Positions 50,162 to 59,828 of a stretch of 64,000 nt of DNA are shown here, piece after piece. The notes under the pieces were generated by a model. It did not search any database and was not told where the DNA came from. It was given only the letters and a program-made list of their open reading frames with translations. The stretch is taken from positions 15,887-79,886 of the forward strand of contig CACKIN010000003.1 in NCBI GenBank assembly GCA_902600205.1, written 5' to 3'. The translations under genes were made by a program, and so were the position numbers. This DNA is from an uncultured Pelagibacteraceae bacterium. Its GTDB lineage: Bacteria > Pseudomonadota > Alphaproteobacteria > Pelagibacterales > Pelagibacteraceae. Numbering within the stretch: the stretch's first letter is position 1; each line of letters starts with the position of its first letter.

Positions 50162-51574
50162 ATGACCTCTTTACTAAAAAACTCAGAATTATCTCTAGAA
50201 AAAGCTGATAAAATTGTTTCAGAGACTTTAAATAGTTGTGATGATGGTGAACTTTACGTCGAAGATACAAAATCTGAAACTATCGTTTTAGATGATAATA
50301 AAATCAAAAGTTCAAACTATACCTCTGATTTAGGCTATGGTTTTAGAGCGGTCACAGGCGATACCGTGGCTTACTCACATTCAAATGAAATTTCAGAAAA
50401 ATCGTTAAAAAATTCAAGTGATAATCTTAAATCAACCTTAAAAAACAATAGTGGCACTTACAACTCAGAAATAAAAAAAACTAATCAAAAACTTTATAAA
50501 GACATTGATCCGATTGAAAGCAAATCAATGAAATCAAAAATAGAGTTACTTAATAATATGAATGAGTATGCCAGATCTAAAGATAGTAGTGTAAAGCAAG
50601 TTACAGCTAGTCTTTTAGCTGAGAAGAAAAATATTGAAATTATTAGATCTGGTGGAGAGCTATTATCAGATAATCGACCATTGGTTAGAATTAACATGTC
50701 AGTGATGGTTGAAAAAAATGGAAGAAAAGAAACTGGTGTTTATGGAATTGGAGGAAGACAAGATTATGATGAATATTTAAAGAACGATAACTGGAAAAAA
50801 GTTTGCGATGAAGCATTTAGGATTGCAAACACAAACATAGAAAGTAAACCCTCACCAGCTGGAGAGATGAAAGTTGTGCTCGGACCAGGCTGGCCTGCTA
50901 TTTTAATTCATGAAGCTGTTGGTCATGGTTTAGAGGGTGACTTTAATAGAAAAAAAACTTCTGCGTTTCATGATTTAGTAGGAAAAAAAGTTGCAAGCAA
51001 AGGAGTTACAATAATAGATGATGGTACAATAGATAATAGAAGAGGTAGTTTAAATATTGATGATGAAGGAACTCCAACCGAAAGAACTGTTTTGATAGAG
51101 GACGGAATTCTAAAAAATTTTATGCAAGATAGATTAAACGCCAGATTAATGAATACAAAATCCACAGGAAATGGAAGAAGAGAAAGTTATAAACATGTCG
51201 TAATGCCAAGGATGAGAAATACAATCATGTTAGGCGGCACAAACACTCAAGAGGAAATGATTAAATCAGTCGATAAGGGTATATTTGCGGTAAGTTTTGG
51301 TGGTGGTCAAGTGGATATAACATCAGGAAAATTTGTTTTCAATTGTACTGAGGCATATGAAATAATTAATGGCAAAGTAGGAGCTCCCATTAAAGGCGCA
51401 ACTCTAATAGGTGACGGACCATCATCATTAAAAGAAATTTTAATGGTTGGAAATGATATGATGTTAGACCCAGGAATTGGTACCTGTGGAAAAGCAGGAC
51501 AAGGCGTTCCAGTTGGTGTTGGACAACCATCTCTGTTAATAAACAATATGACAGTTGGTGGAACTCAATTGTAA
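50162..51574 (+). CDS. tldD: Metalloprotease TldD
   Basis: HEAVGHGLEGDFNRK, MPRMRNT, GGGQVDI, CGKAGQ. Confidence 0.95.
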   Translation: MTSLLKNSELSLEKADKIVSETLNSCDDGELYVEDTKSETIVLDDNKIKSSNYTSDLGYGFRAVTGDTVAYSHSNEISEKSLKNSSDNLKSTLKNNSGTYNSEIKKTNQKLYKDIDPIESKSMKSKIELLNNMNEYARSKDSSVKQVTASLLAEKKNIEIIRSGGELLSDNRPLVRINMSVMVEKNGRKETGVYGIGGRQDYDEYLKNDNWKKVCDEAFRIANTNIESKPSPAGEMKVVLGPGWPAILIHEAVGHGLEGDFNRKKTSAFHDLVGKKVASKGVTIIDDGTIDNRRGSLNIDDEGTPTERTVLIEDGILKNFMQDRLNARLMNTKSTGNGRRESYKHVVMPRMRNTIMLGGTNTQEEMIKSVDKGIFAVSFGGGQVDITSGKFVFNCTEAYEIINGKVGAPIKGATLIGDGPSSLKEILMVGNDMMLDPGIGTCGKAGQGVPVGVGQPSLLINNMTVGGTQL

Positions 51575-51579
51575 TCTCA

Positions 51580-52899
51580 ATGATTAAAGATCAAGATTAT
51601 CTAAAAAAAATTGCTGATATTTGTCTTAGCAAATCAAAAAAACTTGGCTCAACAGACGCAAGTATTTTGGTACAGAGTTCTGTATCTGAAAATATTAATG
51701 TTAGGAATAAAAAATTAGATGGTTCTGAAAGATCAGAAAATCTTGGAGTTGTCCTTACTACATATTTAGGAAAAAAAAAGTCCTCAATTGCATCATCAAA
51801 CCTTAAAGAGAGTAACTTAAATGAATTAGTTGATAGATGTATTGAGACAATGAAGATAACGCCCGAAGATGAATATAATTCACTGCCAGATAAAGATCTT
51901 CATTTTAGCGGTTTGAAAGATTTAGATTTATACGATGAAACTCATTTGAGTAATGAAGATAAAATTAATTATATAAAAGAGGCAGAAGATGAGGCTTTTT
52001 CAAATAATAAAATTGTAAATACCAATGGTTCAGGATTTGGGGAAAATAAATCAAATTTTTTATTAGCTAATTCAAATGGATTTGCTGATGGATATAAAAC
52101 TTCTCAATTTACAGCTTATTGTGAAGTTGTTTCTAAAAGCAATGGAAGTATGGAAAGAGATTATGAATATACTAGTAAAAGATTTTATAATGACATTTTA
52201 AAACCAAAAGACCTTGGATCTATCGCAGCGGATCATGCTGTAAAAAAATTAAATCCAAAAAAGATTAAAAGTGAAAAAATTAGCCTTATATTTGACAAAA
52301 GAATATCAAAAAACTTTCTTTCAATTTTTGCTAGCGCCATTTCATCAAGTGCTATTGCAAAAGGTACTACTTTTTTAAAAGATAAATTAAACCAAAAAGT
52401 ATTCAATACTGAATTAAATATTAATGATCGTGGTGATATCAAAAAAGCTAATGGATCACGTTATTTTGACAGTGAAGGTATAGGTATAATTAATTTAGAT
52501 TTAATTAAAAATGGAATACTTCAAGATTATTTGATTGACACTTACAATGGAAAAAAAATAAACAGAAAGTCTAATGGTAGAGCAAGTGGTACAACAAATC
52601 TGTATTTTGAAAACGGATCTAAAACTTTTAATGAGTTGATAAAGTCAGAAAAAAAACTTCTTTACATAAAAGAAACTATCGGTCACGGCACAAATATTAT
52701 TAATGGAGATTATTCCGTAGGTGCAAGTGGTATAATGATTGAAAATGGTGAATTTTCATATCCGGTAAGTGAAATAACAATCGCTGGAAATTTAAATAAT
52801 ATTTTTCAAAATATAACTCTAGCTGACGATCTAGAATTTAATTATTCTACCAATTCACCAACAATGCATGTTGAAGGTATGATTGTCGGGGGAAAATAA
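51580..52899 (+). CDS. pmbA: TldE/PmbA protein
   Basis: FDSEG, GDYSVGASG, PVSEITIAGNL; adjacent to tldD. Confidence 0.9.
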   Translation: MIKDQDYLKKIADICLSKSKKLGSTDASILVQSSVSENINVRNKKLDGSERSENLGVVLTTYLGKKKSSIASSNLKESNLNELVDRCIETMKITPEDEYNSLPDKDLHFSGLKDLDLYDETHLSNEDKINYIKEAEDEAFSNNKIVNTNGSGFGENKSNFLLANSNGFADGYKTSQFTAYCEVVSKSNGSMERDYEYTSKRFYNDILKPKDLGSIAADHAVKKLNPKKIKSEKISLIFDKRISKNFLSIFASAISSSAIAKGTTFLKDKLNQKVFNTELNINDRGDIKKANGSRYFDSEGIGIINLDLIKNGILQDYLIDTYNGKKINRKSNGRASGTTNLYFENGSKTFNELIKSEKKLLYIKETIGHGTNIINGDYSVGASGIMIENGEFSYPVSEITIAGNLNNIFQNITLADDLEFNYSTNSPTMHVEGMIVGGK

Positions 52900-52905
52900 G
52901 AATTA

Positions 52906-53451
52906 ATGAAAATTATTTTAAAAAGCTTAATAATCTTAACTTTATTTTTTAATCCAGTCTATTCAGCAGATAATAATCAATTAGATAAACTTTTTGAAAA
53001 ACTTTTAGAAGATGGCGAAATCTCAGCAAGGGAAACTGAAATGAAAATTTGGGGTATTTGGACAACGCATCCAAAAGATCAAAACTTAACCAGTTTATTA
53101 TCTAGAGGAACATCATTTATGAACAGTCAAGAATACCAAAAAGCTGAAAATATATTTACAACTGTTATCGAACTGGATCCAAAATGGGCTGAAGCGTGGA
53201 ATAAAAGAGCTACAGTTCTTTATTTGATGGGTAAGTATCAAGCGTCACAAGACGACATTGATGAAGTTTTAAAATTAGAAAAAAGACATTTTGGAGCTTT
53301 ATCAGGTCAAGGCTTAGTGCAAATGAAATTAAAAAACTATGAAAAAGCTTTAAGCAGCTACGAAAGAGTAAAAAAAATTTATCCATCAATGAGGTCTCCA
53401 AAAATAATGATACCTCAAATAAAGGAACTAATTAAAGATCAATCTGTTTAA
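52906..53451 (+). CDS. Exported TPR-repeat protein
   Basis: Signal peptide; PKWAEAWNKRAT, RHFGALSG TPR-like repeats. Confidence 0.82.
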   Translation: MKIILKSLIILTLFFNPVYSADNNQLDKLFEKLLEDGEISARETEMKIWGIWTTHPKDQNLTSLLSRGTSFMNSQEYQKAENIFTTVIELDPKWAEAWNKRATVLYLMGKYQASQDDIDEVLKLEKRHFGALSGQGLVQMKLKNYEKALSSYERVKKIYPSMRSPKIMIPQIKELIKDQSV

Positions 53452-53452
53452 G

Positions 53453-54001
53453 ATGAAAAAATTAATTTTAATTTTTTCAGTTTTATTGTTTCAATTAAAT
53501 TATTCATTTGCCAATGACAAAGTTATTGAATCTTTAAAAGAGGGAGGCAAACTTATATTTATAAGACATGCACTTGCCCCAGGCAATGGTGATCCAGAAA
53601 ATTTTGAATTGCAAAACTGTTATTCTCAAAGAAATTTAAATGAAATAGGAATTCAGCAATCAAAAAAAATTGGATTAATTTTAAAAAAAAATGAGATTAA
53701 AATTGATAATATTTATTCTAGTGAGTGGTGCAGATGTAAAGATACTGCAAAATATGCTTTTGATGACTTTGAGACATTTGACGCTCTAAATTCATTCTAC
53801 GATATAAGATTTGCATCTAATAAGGATAAACAGATAAAAGATTTTTATGAATTTATAGACAGCATAGATAGTAAAAATAATATTGTATTTGTTACGCACT
53901 ACGTAGTTATTGGGGCAATTTTAAATATTGGAACATCTTCTGGTGAAATTGTTGTGACAGATAAAAACTTGAATATTATTGGATCAATCGATACTTTATA
54001 A
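53453..54001 (+). CDS. Histidine phosphatase family protein, exported
   Basis: FIRHA, QRNL, SS.WCRC..TA, VTH; signal peptide. Confidence 0.82.
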   Translation: MKKLILIFSVLLFQLNYSFANDKVIESLKEGGKLIFIRHALAPGNGDPENFELQNCYSQRNLNEIGIQQSKKIGLILKKNEIKIDNIYSSEWCRCKDTAKYAFDDFETFDALNSFYDIRFASNKDKQIKDFYEFIDSIDSKNNIVFVTHYVVIGAILNIGTSSGEIVVTDKNLNIIGSIDTL

Positions 54002-54013
54002 TATATAGAAATT

Positions 54014-54205
54014 ATGAAAACGATCTTTGTTATAGGCTCGAAAAAACATACACTTAAGTACACAAGAAAGATGCCTGAGGGAGAAGTAAAAAAAATGAAA
54101 TCATTTGTGACAAACAAAGGTCAAAAATTAGAAAAAACGTCTAAATTCAAAATTCTTAAAATTTCCGAAGAAAAATCTGCAAGAACTTTTAAAATTAATT
54201 TATAA
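54014..54205 (+). CDS. Small basic hypothetical protein
   Basis: 63 aa Lys-rich ORF filling the gap between co-oriented genes. Confidence 0.6.
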   Translation: MKTIFVIGSKKHTLKYTRKMPEGEVKKMKSFVTNKGQKLEKTSKFKILKISEEKSARTFKINL

Positions 54206-54228
54206 ATTTTTTTAAAATCAAATTAAAA

Positions 54229-55380
54229 ATGAAAAATTCAAAAAGAAGCAATGTTGATCCATTTATCGTAATGGATGTAATGGAGTCTGCTAGAATAGCT
54301 GAAAAAAATGGCAAACATATTATACATATGGAAGTAGGGCAGCCAGGTACCCCAGCTCCAAAATTAGCAAAAAAATTTATTACTAAAGAAATATCTAATA
54401 ATAACTTAGGCTATACAGTTACTCTTGGACTTCCTGCTTTGAGAGAACGTATTTCTAAGTTATACGGAGATTGGTACAACATTGATTTAAATCCAAATAG
54501 AGTTGTAATAACCGTAGGTTCATCTGGAGCTTTTATTTTATCTTTTACATCTTTGTTTAATATTGGTGATAGAGTGGGTATAGCAGCACCTGGCTATCCT
54601 AGTTACCGACAAATTTTAAAATCTCAAGATTTAATTCCAGTAGATATTCAAACTGAAATACAAAATAAATTTCAGCCAGTACCTGAAGATATAAAAAAAA
54701 ATAATTTAAATGGTATTCTTGTTGCATCTCCTGCAAATCCTACAGGATCGATGGTTGATAAGGAGACTCTAAAACATTTAATAAACACTGCACACGAAAA
54801 TAATGTTAGCTTTATAAGTGATGAAATATACCACGGTATTCAATATGAAAATAATCCCACAACAGCGTTAGAAATAACAGACAAATGTTATGTTATAAAT
54901 TCTTTTTCTAAATATTTTTCTATGACAGGTTGGCGAATAGGTTGGATGATTGTTCCAGAAGATCATGTAAGACAAGTAGAAAGATTATCACAAAATTTAT
55001 TTATATGTCCACCACATGTAAGCCAATTAACAGCGTTATCAGCAATGGACGCTAACATTGAATTAAATGAAAATGTAAATGTTTATAAAAAAAATAGAGA
55101 AATACTTTTAGAAGAATTACCTAAAGCTGGATTAGGAAAATTTTCTCCTCCTGATGGTGCATTTTATATCTACATTGATATTTCAGAGTACTCGAAAGAT
55201 AGCCTTAACTTTTGTAAAGAAGTGCTTGATAAAGCAGGAGTAGCAATAACTCCTGGTCTAGATTTCGATCAAAAAAGAGGAAATTCTACAATAAGGTTTT
55301 CATACGCTAGAAGCACTGAGGATATAATTGAAGGAGCAAATAGAATAAAAAAATTTATGAAAGAAGAGTATTTAAAATAA
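54229..55380 (+). CDS. PLP-dependent aminotransferase class I/II
   Basis: SPANPTG, SDEIY, NSFSKYFSMTGWRIGW, GAFY, IRFS. Confidence 0.93.
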   Translation: MKNSKRSNVDPFIVMDVMESARIAEKNGKHIIHMEVGQPGTPAPKLAKKFITKEISNNNLGYTVTLGLPALRERISKLYGDWYNIDLNPNRVVITVGSSGAFILSFTSLFNIGDRVGIAAPGYPSYRQILKSQDLIPVDIQTEIQNKFQPVPEDIKKNNLNGILVASPANPTGSMVDKETLKHLINTAHENNVSFISDEIYHGIQYENNPTTALEITDKCYVINSFSKYFSMTGWRIGWMIVPEDHVRQVERLSQNLFICPPHVSQLTALSAMDANIELNENVNVYKKNREILLEELPKAGLGKFSPPDGAFYIYIDISEYSKDSLNFCKEVLDKAGVAITPGLDFDQKRGNSTIRFSYARSTEDIIEGANRIKKFMKEEYLK

Positions 55381-55382
55381 TA

Positions 55383-56039
55383 ATGAAAACCGCTGTTTTA
55401 TTTGGCTCATCTGGGTTAATTGGATCTAAATTACTAGATAATTTAATCAACAACAATACTTACAACAAAATAAAAATATTTGTTAGAAAACTACCTTCTA
55501 TTGATAATGTAAAAGTTGAAGTGATTAATACAGATTTTTTAGATTTAGACACTTTAAAAGAAAAATTAACAGGAGATGATTGTTTTTTTTGCATTGGCAC
55601 AACTCACAAAGATACACCCGATAAAAAAGAATATAGAAGAATAGAATATGATTTGCCTGTACAATTAGCAAAAATTGCAAAATTTAATTCAATTAGTAAT
55701 TTTATTTACGTCTCCTCAATTGGAGCAAACCCAAAAGCCTCAAGTACATATTTAAAAAATAAAGGTCAAGTAGAGGAGGAGCTAAAAAAGATTGGGTTTT
55801 CTAACCTAAGCATTATTCAACCCTCATTTTTAGTTGGAAACAGAAAAGACTTTAGAATTGTTGAAGTTTTAGGAATTCCAGTGATGAAATTTCTATCCTT
55901 ATTCTTTTTTGGTGGATTTAAAAAATACACTCCAATAAAAGTTGAGATAGTTGTAAATGCAATGATCAAACTTGCCTCAGGAAATAATAGTGAGCAAACT
56001 TATTTGTCTGATAAGTTGCAAGAGTTAGGATCTAACTAA
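55383..56039 (+). CDS. NAD(P)-binding SDR-like protein (TIP30/HTATIP2-like)
   Basis: GSSGLIG, CIGTT, VSSIGA, YLKNKG. Confidence 0.85.
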   Translation: MKTAVLFGSSGLIGSKLLDNLINNNTYNKIKIFVRKLPSIDNVKVEVINTDFLDLDTLKEKLTGDDCFFCIGTTHKDTPDKKEYRRIEYDLPVQLAKIAKFNSISNFIYVSSIGANPKASSTYLKNKGQVEEELKKIGFSNLSIIQPSFLVGNRKDFRIVEVLGIPVMKFLSLFFFGGFKKYTPIKVEIVVNAMIKLASGNNSEQTYLSDKLQELGSN

Positions 56040-56612
56040 ATGAGAAAATCTATAATATCAATATCTTTTTTGATTTATATATTTTGTATTTTACCTTACT
56101 CTACTTCAATGGCATATGAGGAATCTCAATATGATGTAGTATATAAATCTGAAATATACGAAGTGAGACATTATAAAGACCGTCTAGTTGTTGAAGTTGT
56201 AAGTAGAAATGATGACAATAGTTTTAGAAAACTTTTTAAATATATCTCGGGTCAGAATAATAAATCCCAAGAAATTAAAATGACTGTGCCAGTAACACAG
56301 GGTGAGAGGGATAATGGATACTATATGCAATTTTATCTTCCATCAAAATTTACAAAAGAGAATGCGCCAATACCTACAAATTCAGATGTTAAAATCTCAA
56401 CAATAGAAGAAGGTTTTTTTGCTGTAATAGAATATTCTGGAAGAGCCTCAGATAATAATTTCTTCAAACATAAGGAAATTCTATTTAAAAAACTCTTAGA
56501 GGATAAAGTAATCATTAAAGGACCCCCAATAAGAGCAACTTATAATGGGCCTTTTACGCTTCCTATGATGAGACGCAACGAAGCTATGTTTAAAGTTAAG
56601 TGGAGTAAATAG
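56040..56612 (+). CDS. SOUL family heme-binding protein
   Basis: YEVRHY, FRKLFKYISGQN, IKMTVPV, MQFYLP, YNGPFT, RRNE. Confidence 0.88.
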   Translation: MRKSIISISFLIYIFCILPYSTSMAYEESQYDVVYKSEIYEVRHYKDRLVVEVVSRNDDNSFRKLFKYISGQNNKSQEIKMTVPVTQGERDNGYYMQFYLPSKFTKENAPIPTNSDVKISTIEEGFFAVIEYSGRASDNNFFKHKEILFKKLLEDKVIIKGPPIRATYNGPFTLPMMRRNEAMFKVKWSK

Positions 56613-56682
56613 ATTACATTTTGCCATATATATTAATTTCTATCGCCTGATAGTTTAACTTCATTAATCAGAAAGGTATTTT

Positions 56683-57084
56683 ATGAAAAAATTATTTCTA
56701 ATTTTATTTGTATTATTTGGTTTAAACAGCTCTGTTTTTGCTGATGGTCATGTAAAAAGAATTTTATCAACTAGTCAGACTGGTATGGGTAATGATATTG
56801 TTTATCCATCAGGAAAAGCAAAGATTACGGCTTTTGAATTTACTGTGCCCGTAGGAGGTCCTGTAGTTCCGCATACTCACTCGTTCCCTGTTTTAATAAT
56901 GATACAACAAGGAGAAATTGAACTTACTCAAGGTGGCAAAAGCTATGTTTACAAAGCTGGAGATGCATTTATTGAAGATGTAGGTGTAGCTCATGAGTCA
57001 AAAAATATTGGAGATGTTCCTGTTAAAGCAATTGTTGTTGCTATGGGTGTTGAAGGCCAAAAAATTATGACCCCAGTAAAATAG
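56683..57084 (+). CDS. Exported cupin-domain protein
   Basis: Signal peptide; PHTH...GE, AGDAF...H..N.G cupin motifs; AGAAAGG RBS. Confidence 0.82.
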   Translation: MKKLFLILFVLFGLNSSVFADGHVKRILSTSQTGMGNDIVYPSGKAKITAFEFTVPVGGPVVPHTHSFPVLIMIQQGEIELTQGGKSYVYKAGDAFIEDVGVAHESKNIGDVPVKAIVVAMGVEGQKIMTPVK

Positions 57085-57093
57085 AAAGAAAAA

Positions 57094-57125
57094 ATATGGG
57101 GCAGTTATTTTTACATGCCCCATAT
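57094..57125. terminator. Stem-loop terminator between convergent genes
   Basis: ATATGGGGCA...TGCCCCATAT 10-bp inverted repeat; the upstream A-run gives a U-tract on the minus strand. Confidence 0.75.
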
Positions 57126-57138
57126 CTCATTCTTTAAG

Positions 57139-57330
57139 CTATATTTTTTTAGTCTCTTTCTTTATATGAGCTAATGTTTCTCCAGAGTTTTTTCCTGATT
57201 TGATAACATATCCACTTGTGCCATTTGCATTAGTTTCTACAGTTTTCAAATTTCTAAACATAAGTTGATTTAGCTTAGCGTTCTTTGAGCCTCGGCTAAA
57301 CGAACTTAACACTCTGTGCATTCTCTTCAT
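57139..57330 (-). CDS. Small basic hypothetical protein
   Basis: 63 aa ORF ending just before the hairpin; purine-rich sequence upstream of the ATG. Confidence 0.55.
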   Translation of the reverse strand: MKRMHRVLSSFSRGSKNAKLNQLMFRNLKTVETNANGTSGYVIKSGKNSGETLAHIKKETKKI

Positions 57331-57502
57331 ACACTCTTCTTGTTTGTTTTTCCAAAACTCGCTTTTAACCGATGCGATATCGGTCTCTTTTTTACCATGA
57401 GATATGGTAAAAATAATTTATCATTCTAGAAAATTGATTTCAAATTATTAAAAAAAATAAAAGATCAAAATGGGTTTTATTAATTATATTTATCGACAAA
57501 AT

Positions 57503-58657
57503 TTAATTAGAATTAAATTGGATCCATTTACTATTATTCTTACTTGACTTAATAACGTTTTCTATAAACTTCATTCCATCAATTCCATCATCAATTGTAG
57601 GATAACAATTATTTGACTTATCATATTCTTGTCTATCAATATTAGCTGATAGCTCTTTGTAAACATCACTATAAATATTAGCAAAACCTTCCAAATAACC
57701 TTCTGGATGACCTTGTGGAATTCTTGTTACATTTTTAGCTTCATCACTAGTAATATTGCTTCCTCTTGTAATGTTTTGAGCAGGGCTACCAAATTTAGTA
57801 TAACTCAAGTAATTTGGATCTTCTTGTCTCCACTCAATTCCAGCATTTTCTCCATATATTCTAATTTTAAGATTATTTTCATTTCCAACTGCTACTTGGC
57901 TTGACCATATTGATCCTTTTGCACCCCCTTTAAATCTTAGCATTATTTGGGCATTATCATCTACTTTTCTCCCTTCAACAAATGTATGAATATCAGCTGA
58001 AATTTCATCTACCTCCAATCCAGTTATAAACCTAATCAAATTATAAGCATGAGTTCCAATATCTCCTATACAACCACCAGCGCCGGATCTATTGGGATCA
58101 GTTCTCCATTCGGCTTGCTTTAATCCACTATCCTCTGCTTTTGTTGTTAACCAATCTTGTGGATATTCAGCTTGAATAACTCTTAAAGAACCCAAGTCCC
58201 CTTTTTGAACTAAAGATCTTGCATGTCGAACCATAGGATATCCAGTGTAATTATGTGTCAAAGCAAATATTAATTTTTTGCTTTCAATTACCTTTTTAAG
58301 ATCTATTGCTTCCTTACTAGACATACCAATTGGCTTATCGCAAATAATATGTATCCCATTTTCTGCAAAAATTTTTGCAATAGGTACATGTAAATGATTT
58401 GGAGTTACTATTGAAACTACATTAATACCATCTGCTCTAGTTGACTCTTTTTCAGCCATCTCTTGATAGGTTTTATAGACTCTATCATTTTCTAGACCAA
58501 GATTTTTTCCAGTTTCTTTTGAATTTTCAAAGTCAGATGAAAATGATCCAGCAACTAATTCATAATACCCATCAAGTCTTAAAGCTATTCTGTGGACACT
58601 TCCAATAAAAGCATCTTTACCACCACCAACCATGCCGATGCGTATTTTTCTATTCAT
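57503..58657 (-). CDS. Gfo/Idh/MocA family oxidoreductase
   Basis: GMVGGG..AFIG.VH, VTPNHLH, ICDKP, GDIGTHA, GHPEGYLEGFANIY. Confidence 0.9.
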   Translation of the reverse strand: MNRKIRIGMVGGGKDAFIGSVHRIALRLDGYYELVAGSFSSDFENSKETGKNLGLENDRVYKTYQEMAEKESTRADGINVVSIVTPNHLHVPIAKIFAENGIHIICDKPIGMSSKEAIDLKKVIESKKLIFALTHNYTGYPMVRHARSLVQKGDLGSLRVIQAEYPQDWLTTKAEDSGLKQAEWRTDPNRSGAGGCIGDIGTHAYNLIRFITGLEVDEISADIHTFVEGRKVDDNAQIMLRFKGGAKGSIWSSQVAVGNENNLKIRIYGENAGIEWRQEDPNYLSYTKFGSPAQNITRGSNITSDEAKNVTRIPQGHPEGYLEGFANIYSDVYKELSANIDRQEYDKSNNCYPTIDDGIDGMKFIENVIKSSKNNSKWIQFNSN

Positions 58658-59712
58658 TAATTAATGCCAAGCATTTTTTTGTTTGATTCATGGTCAGTTC
58701 CGCTACCTGCAAAATCATCAAAAGCTTTTTCTGTTGTATTAATTATATGATTTTTAATAAATTCTGCTCCCTCTCTTGCTCCATCTTCTGGATGTTTAAG
58801 GCAGCATTCCCATTCAAGAACTGCCCAACCATCATAATCATATGAAGTTAGTTTTGAAAATATAGATTTAAAATCAACTTGTCCATCACCAAGCGATCTA
58901 AATCTACCAGCTCTATTTACCCATGATTGAAATCCACCGTACACTCCTTGTTTTCCAGATGGATTTAACTCAGCATCTTTAACGTGAAACATTTTTATCT
59001 TCTCATGATAAATGTCAATATGAGCTAAATAATCCAGATGCTGTAGAACATAATGACTTGGATCAAAAAGCATATTACATCTTTTGTGATTACCAACTCT
59101 TTCTAAGAACATTTCAAAAGTTACACCATCATGAAGATCTTCACCTGGATGTATTTCATAACATAAATCAACCCCATTATTATCAAAGTGATCAAGAATG
59201 GGCTTCCATCTTTTTGATAGTTCATCAAATGCATTTTCAATTAACCCTTCAGGTCTTTGAGGCCAAGGGTAAACATAAGGCCAAGCAAGTGCTCCTGAAA
59301 AAGTTACATGTTTATCTATTCCTAGACTGTTTGATGCTTTTCCAGCCATCATTAATTGATTTACAGCCCATTCTTGTCTTGCTTTGGGATTTCCTCTTAC
59401 TTCAGGTGAAGCAAAACCATCAAAGGCAGTGTCATAAGCAGGATGTACTGCAACAAGTTGACCTTGTAGGTGAGTGGATAATTCTGTAATTTCTAAATTG
59501 TGTGATTTAGCAATTCCTTTAATCTCATCACAATAATCTTTACTTTCAGATGCTTTTTTTAAATCAATTAATCTACCGTCCCAACTTGGAATTTGTATAC
59601 CTTTGTAACCAAGAGATGATGCCCATTTACAAATATTATCTAAAGAATTAAACGGTGCATCTTCGCCTACAAATTGTGCTAGGAAAATTGCAGGACCTTT
59701 TATTTTGTTCAT
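58657..59712 (-). CDS. Sugar phosphate isomerase/epimerase (xylose isomerase-like TIM barrel)
   Basis: YEIHPGEDLHDG, FDPSH, FHVKDAE, FRSLGDGQVDF, LEWEC. Confidence 0.88.
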   Translation of the reverse strand: MNKIKGPAIFLAQFVGEDAPFNSLDNICKWASSLGYKGIQIPSWDGRLIDLKKASESKDYCDEIKGIAKSHNLEITELSTHLQGQLVAVHPAYDTAFDGFASPEVRGNPKARQEWAVNQLMMAGKASNSLGIDKHVTFSGALAWPYVYPWPQRPEGLIENAFDELSKRWKPILDHFDNNGVDLCYEIHPGEDLHDGVTFEMFLERVGNHKRCNMLFDPSHYVLQHLDYLAHIDIYHEKIKMFHVKDAELNPSGKQGVYGGFQSWVNRAGRFRSLGDGQVDFKSIFSKLTSYDYDGWAVLEWECCLKHPEDGAREGAEFIKNHIINTTEKAFDDFAGSGTDHESNKKMLGIN

Positions 59713-59828
59713 AATTCCCCTTTCTCTTTAATTTTTTACCCAACTATTTTTTACAAAAAAAATACTAGCAGGCACAAGCCTTCTTGGATAGACTATTATT
59801 AAGAATAATTAAATTAATAGGAGATAAA

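Noticed and set aside
50162-52899. TldD/PmbA as part of a RiPP (microcin-like) cluster with nearby small ORFs as precursors
   Set aside because: No YcaO or other modification enzymes and no exporter; tldD/pmbA are widespread housekeeping genes
56683-57084. Cupin as a DddK/DddQ/DddW DMSP lyase
   Set aside because: It has a signal peptide and lacks the HxHxxxExY metal motif of cupin lyases (PHTHSFPVL here)
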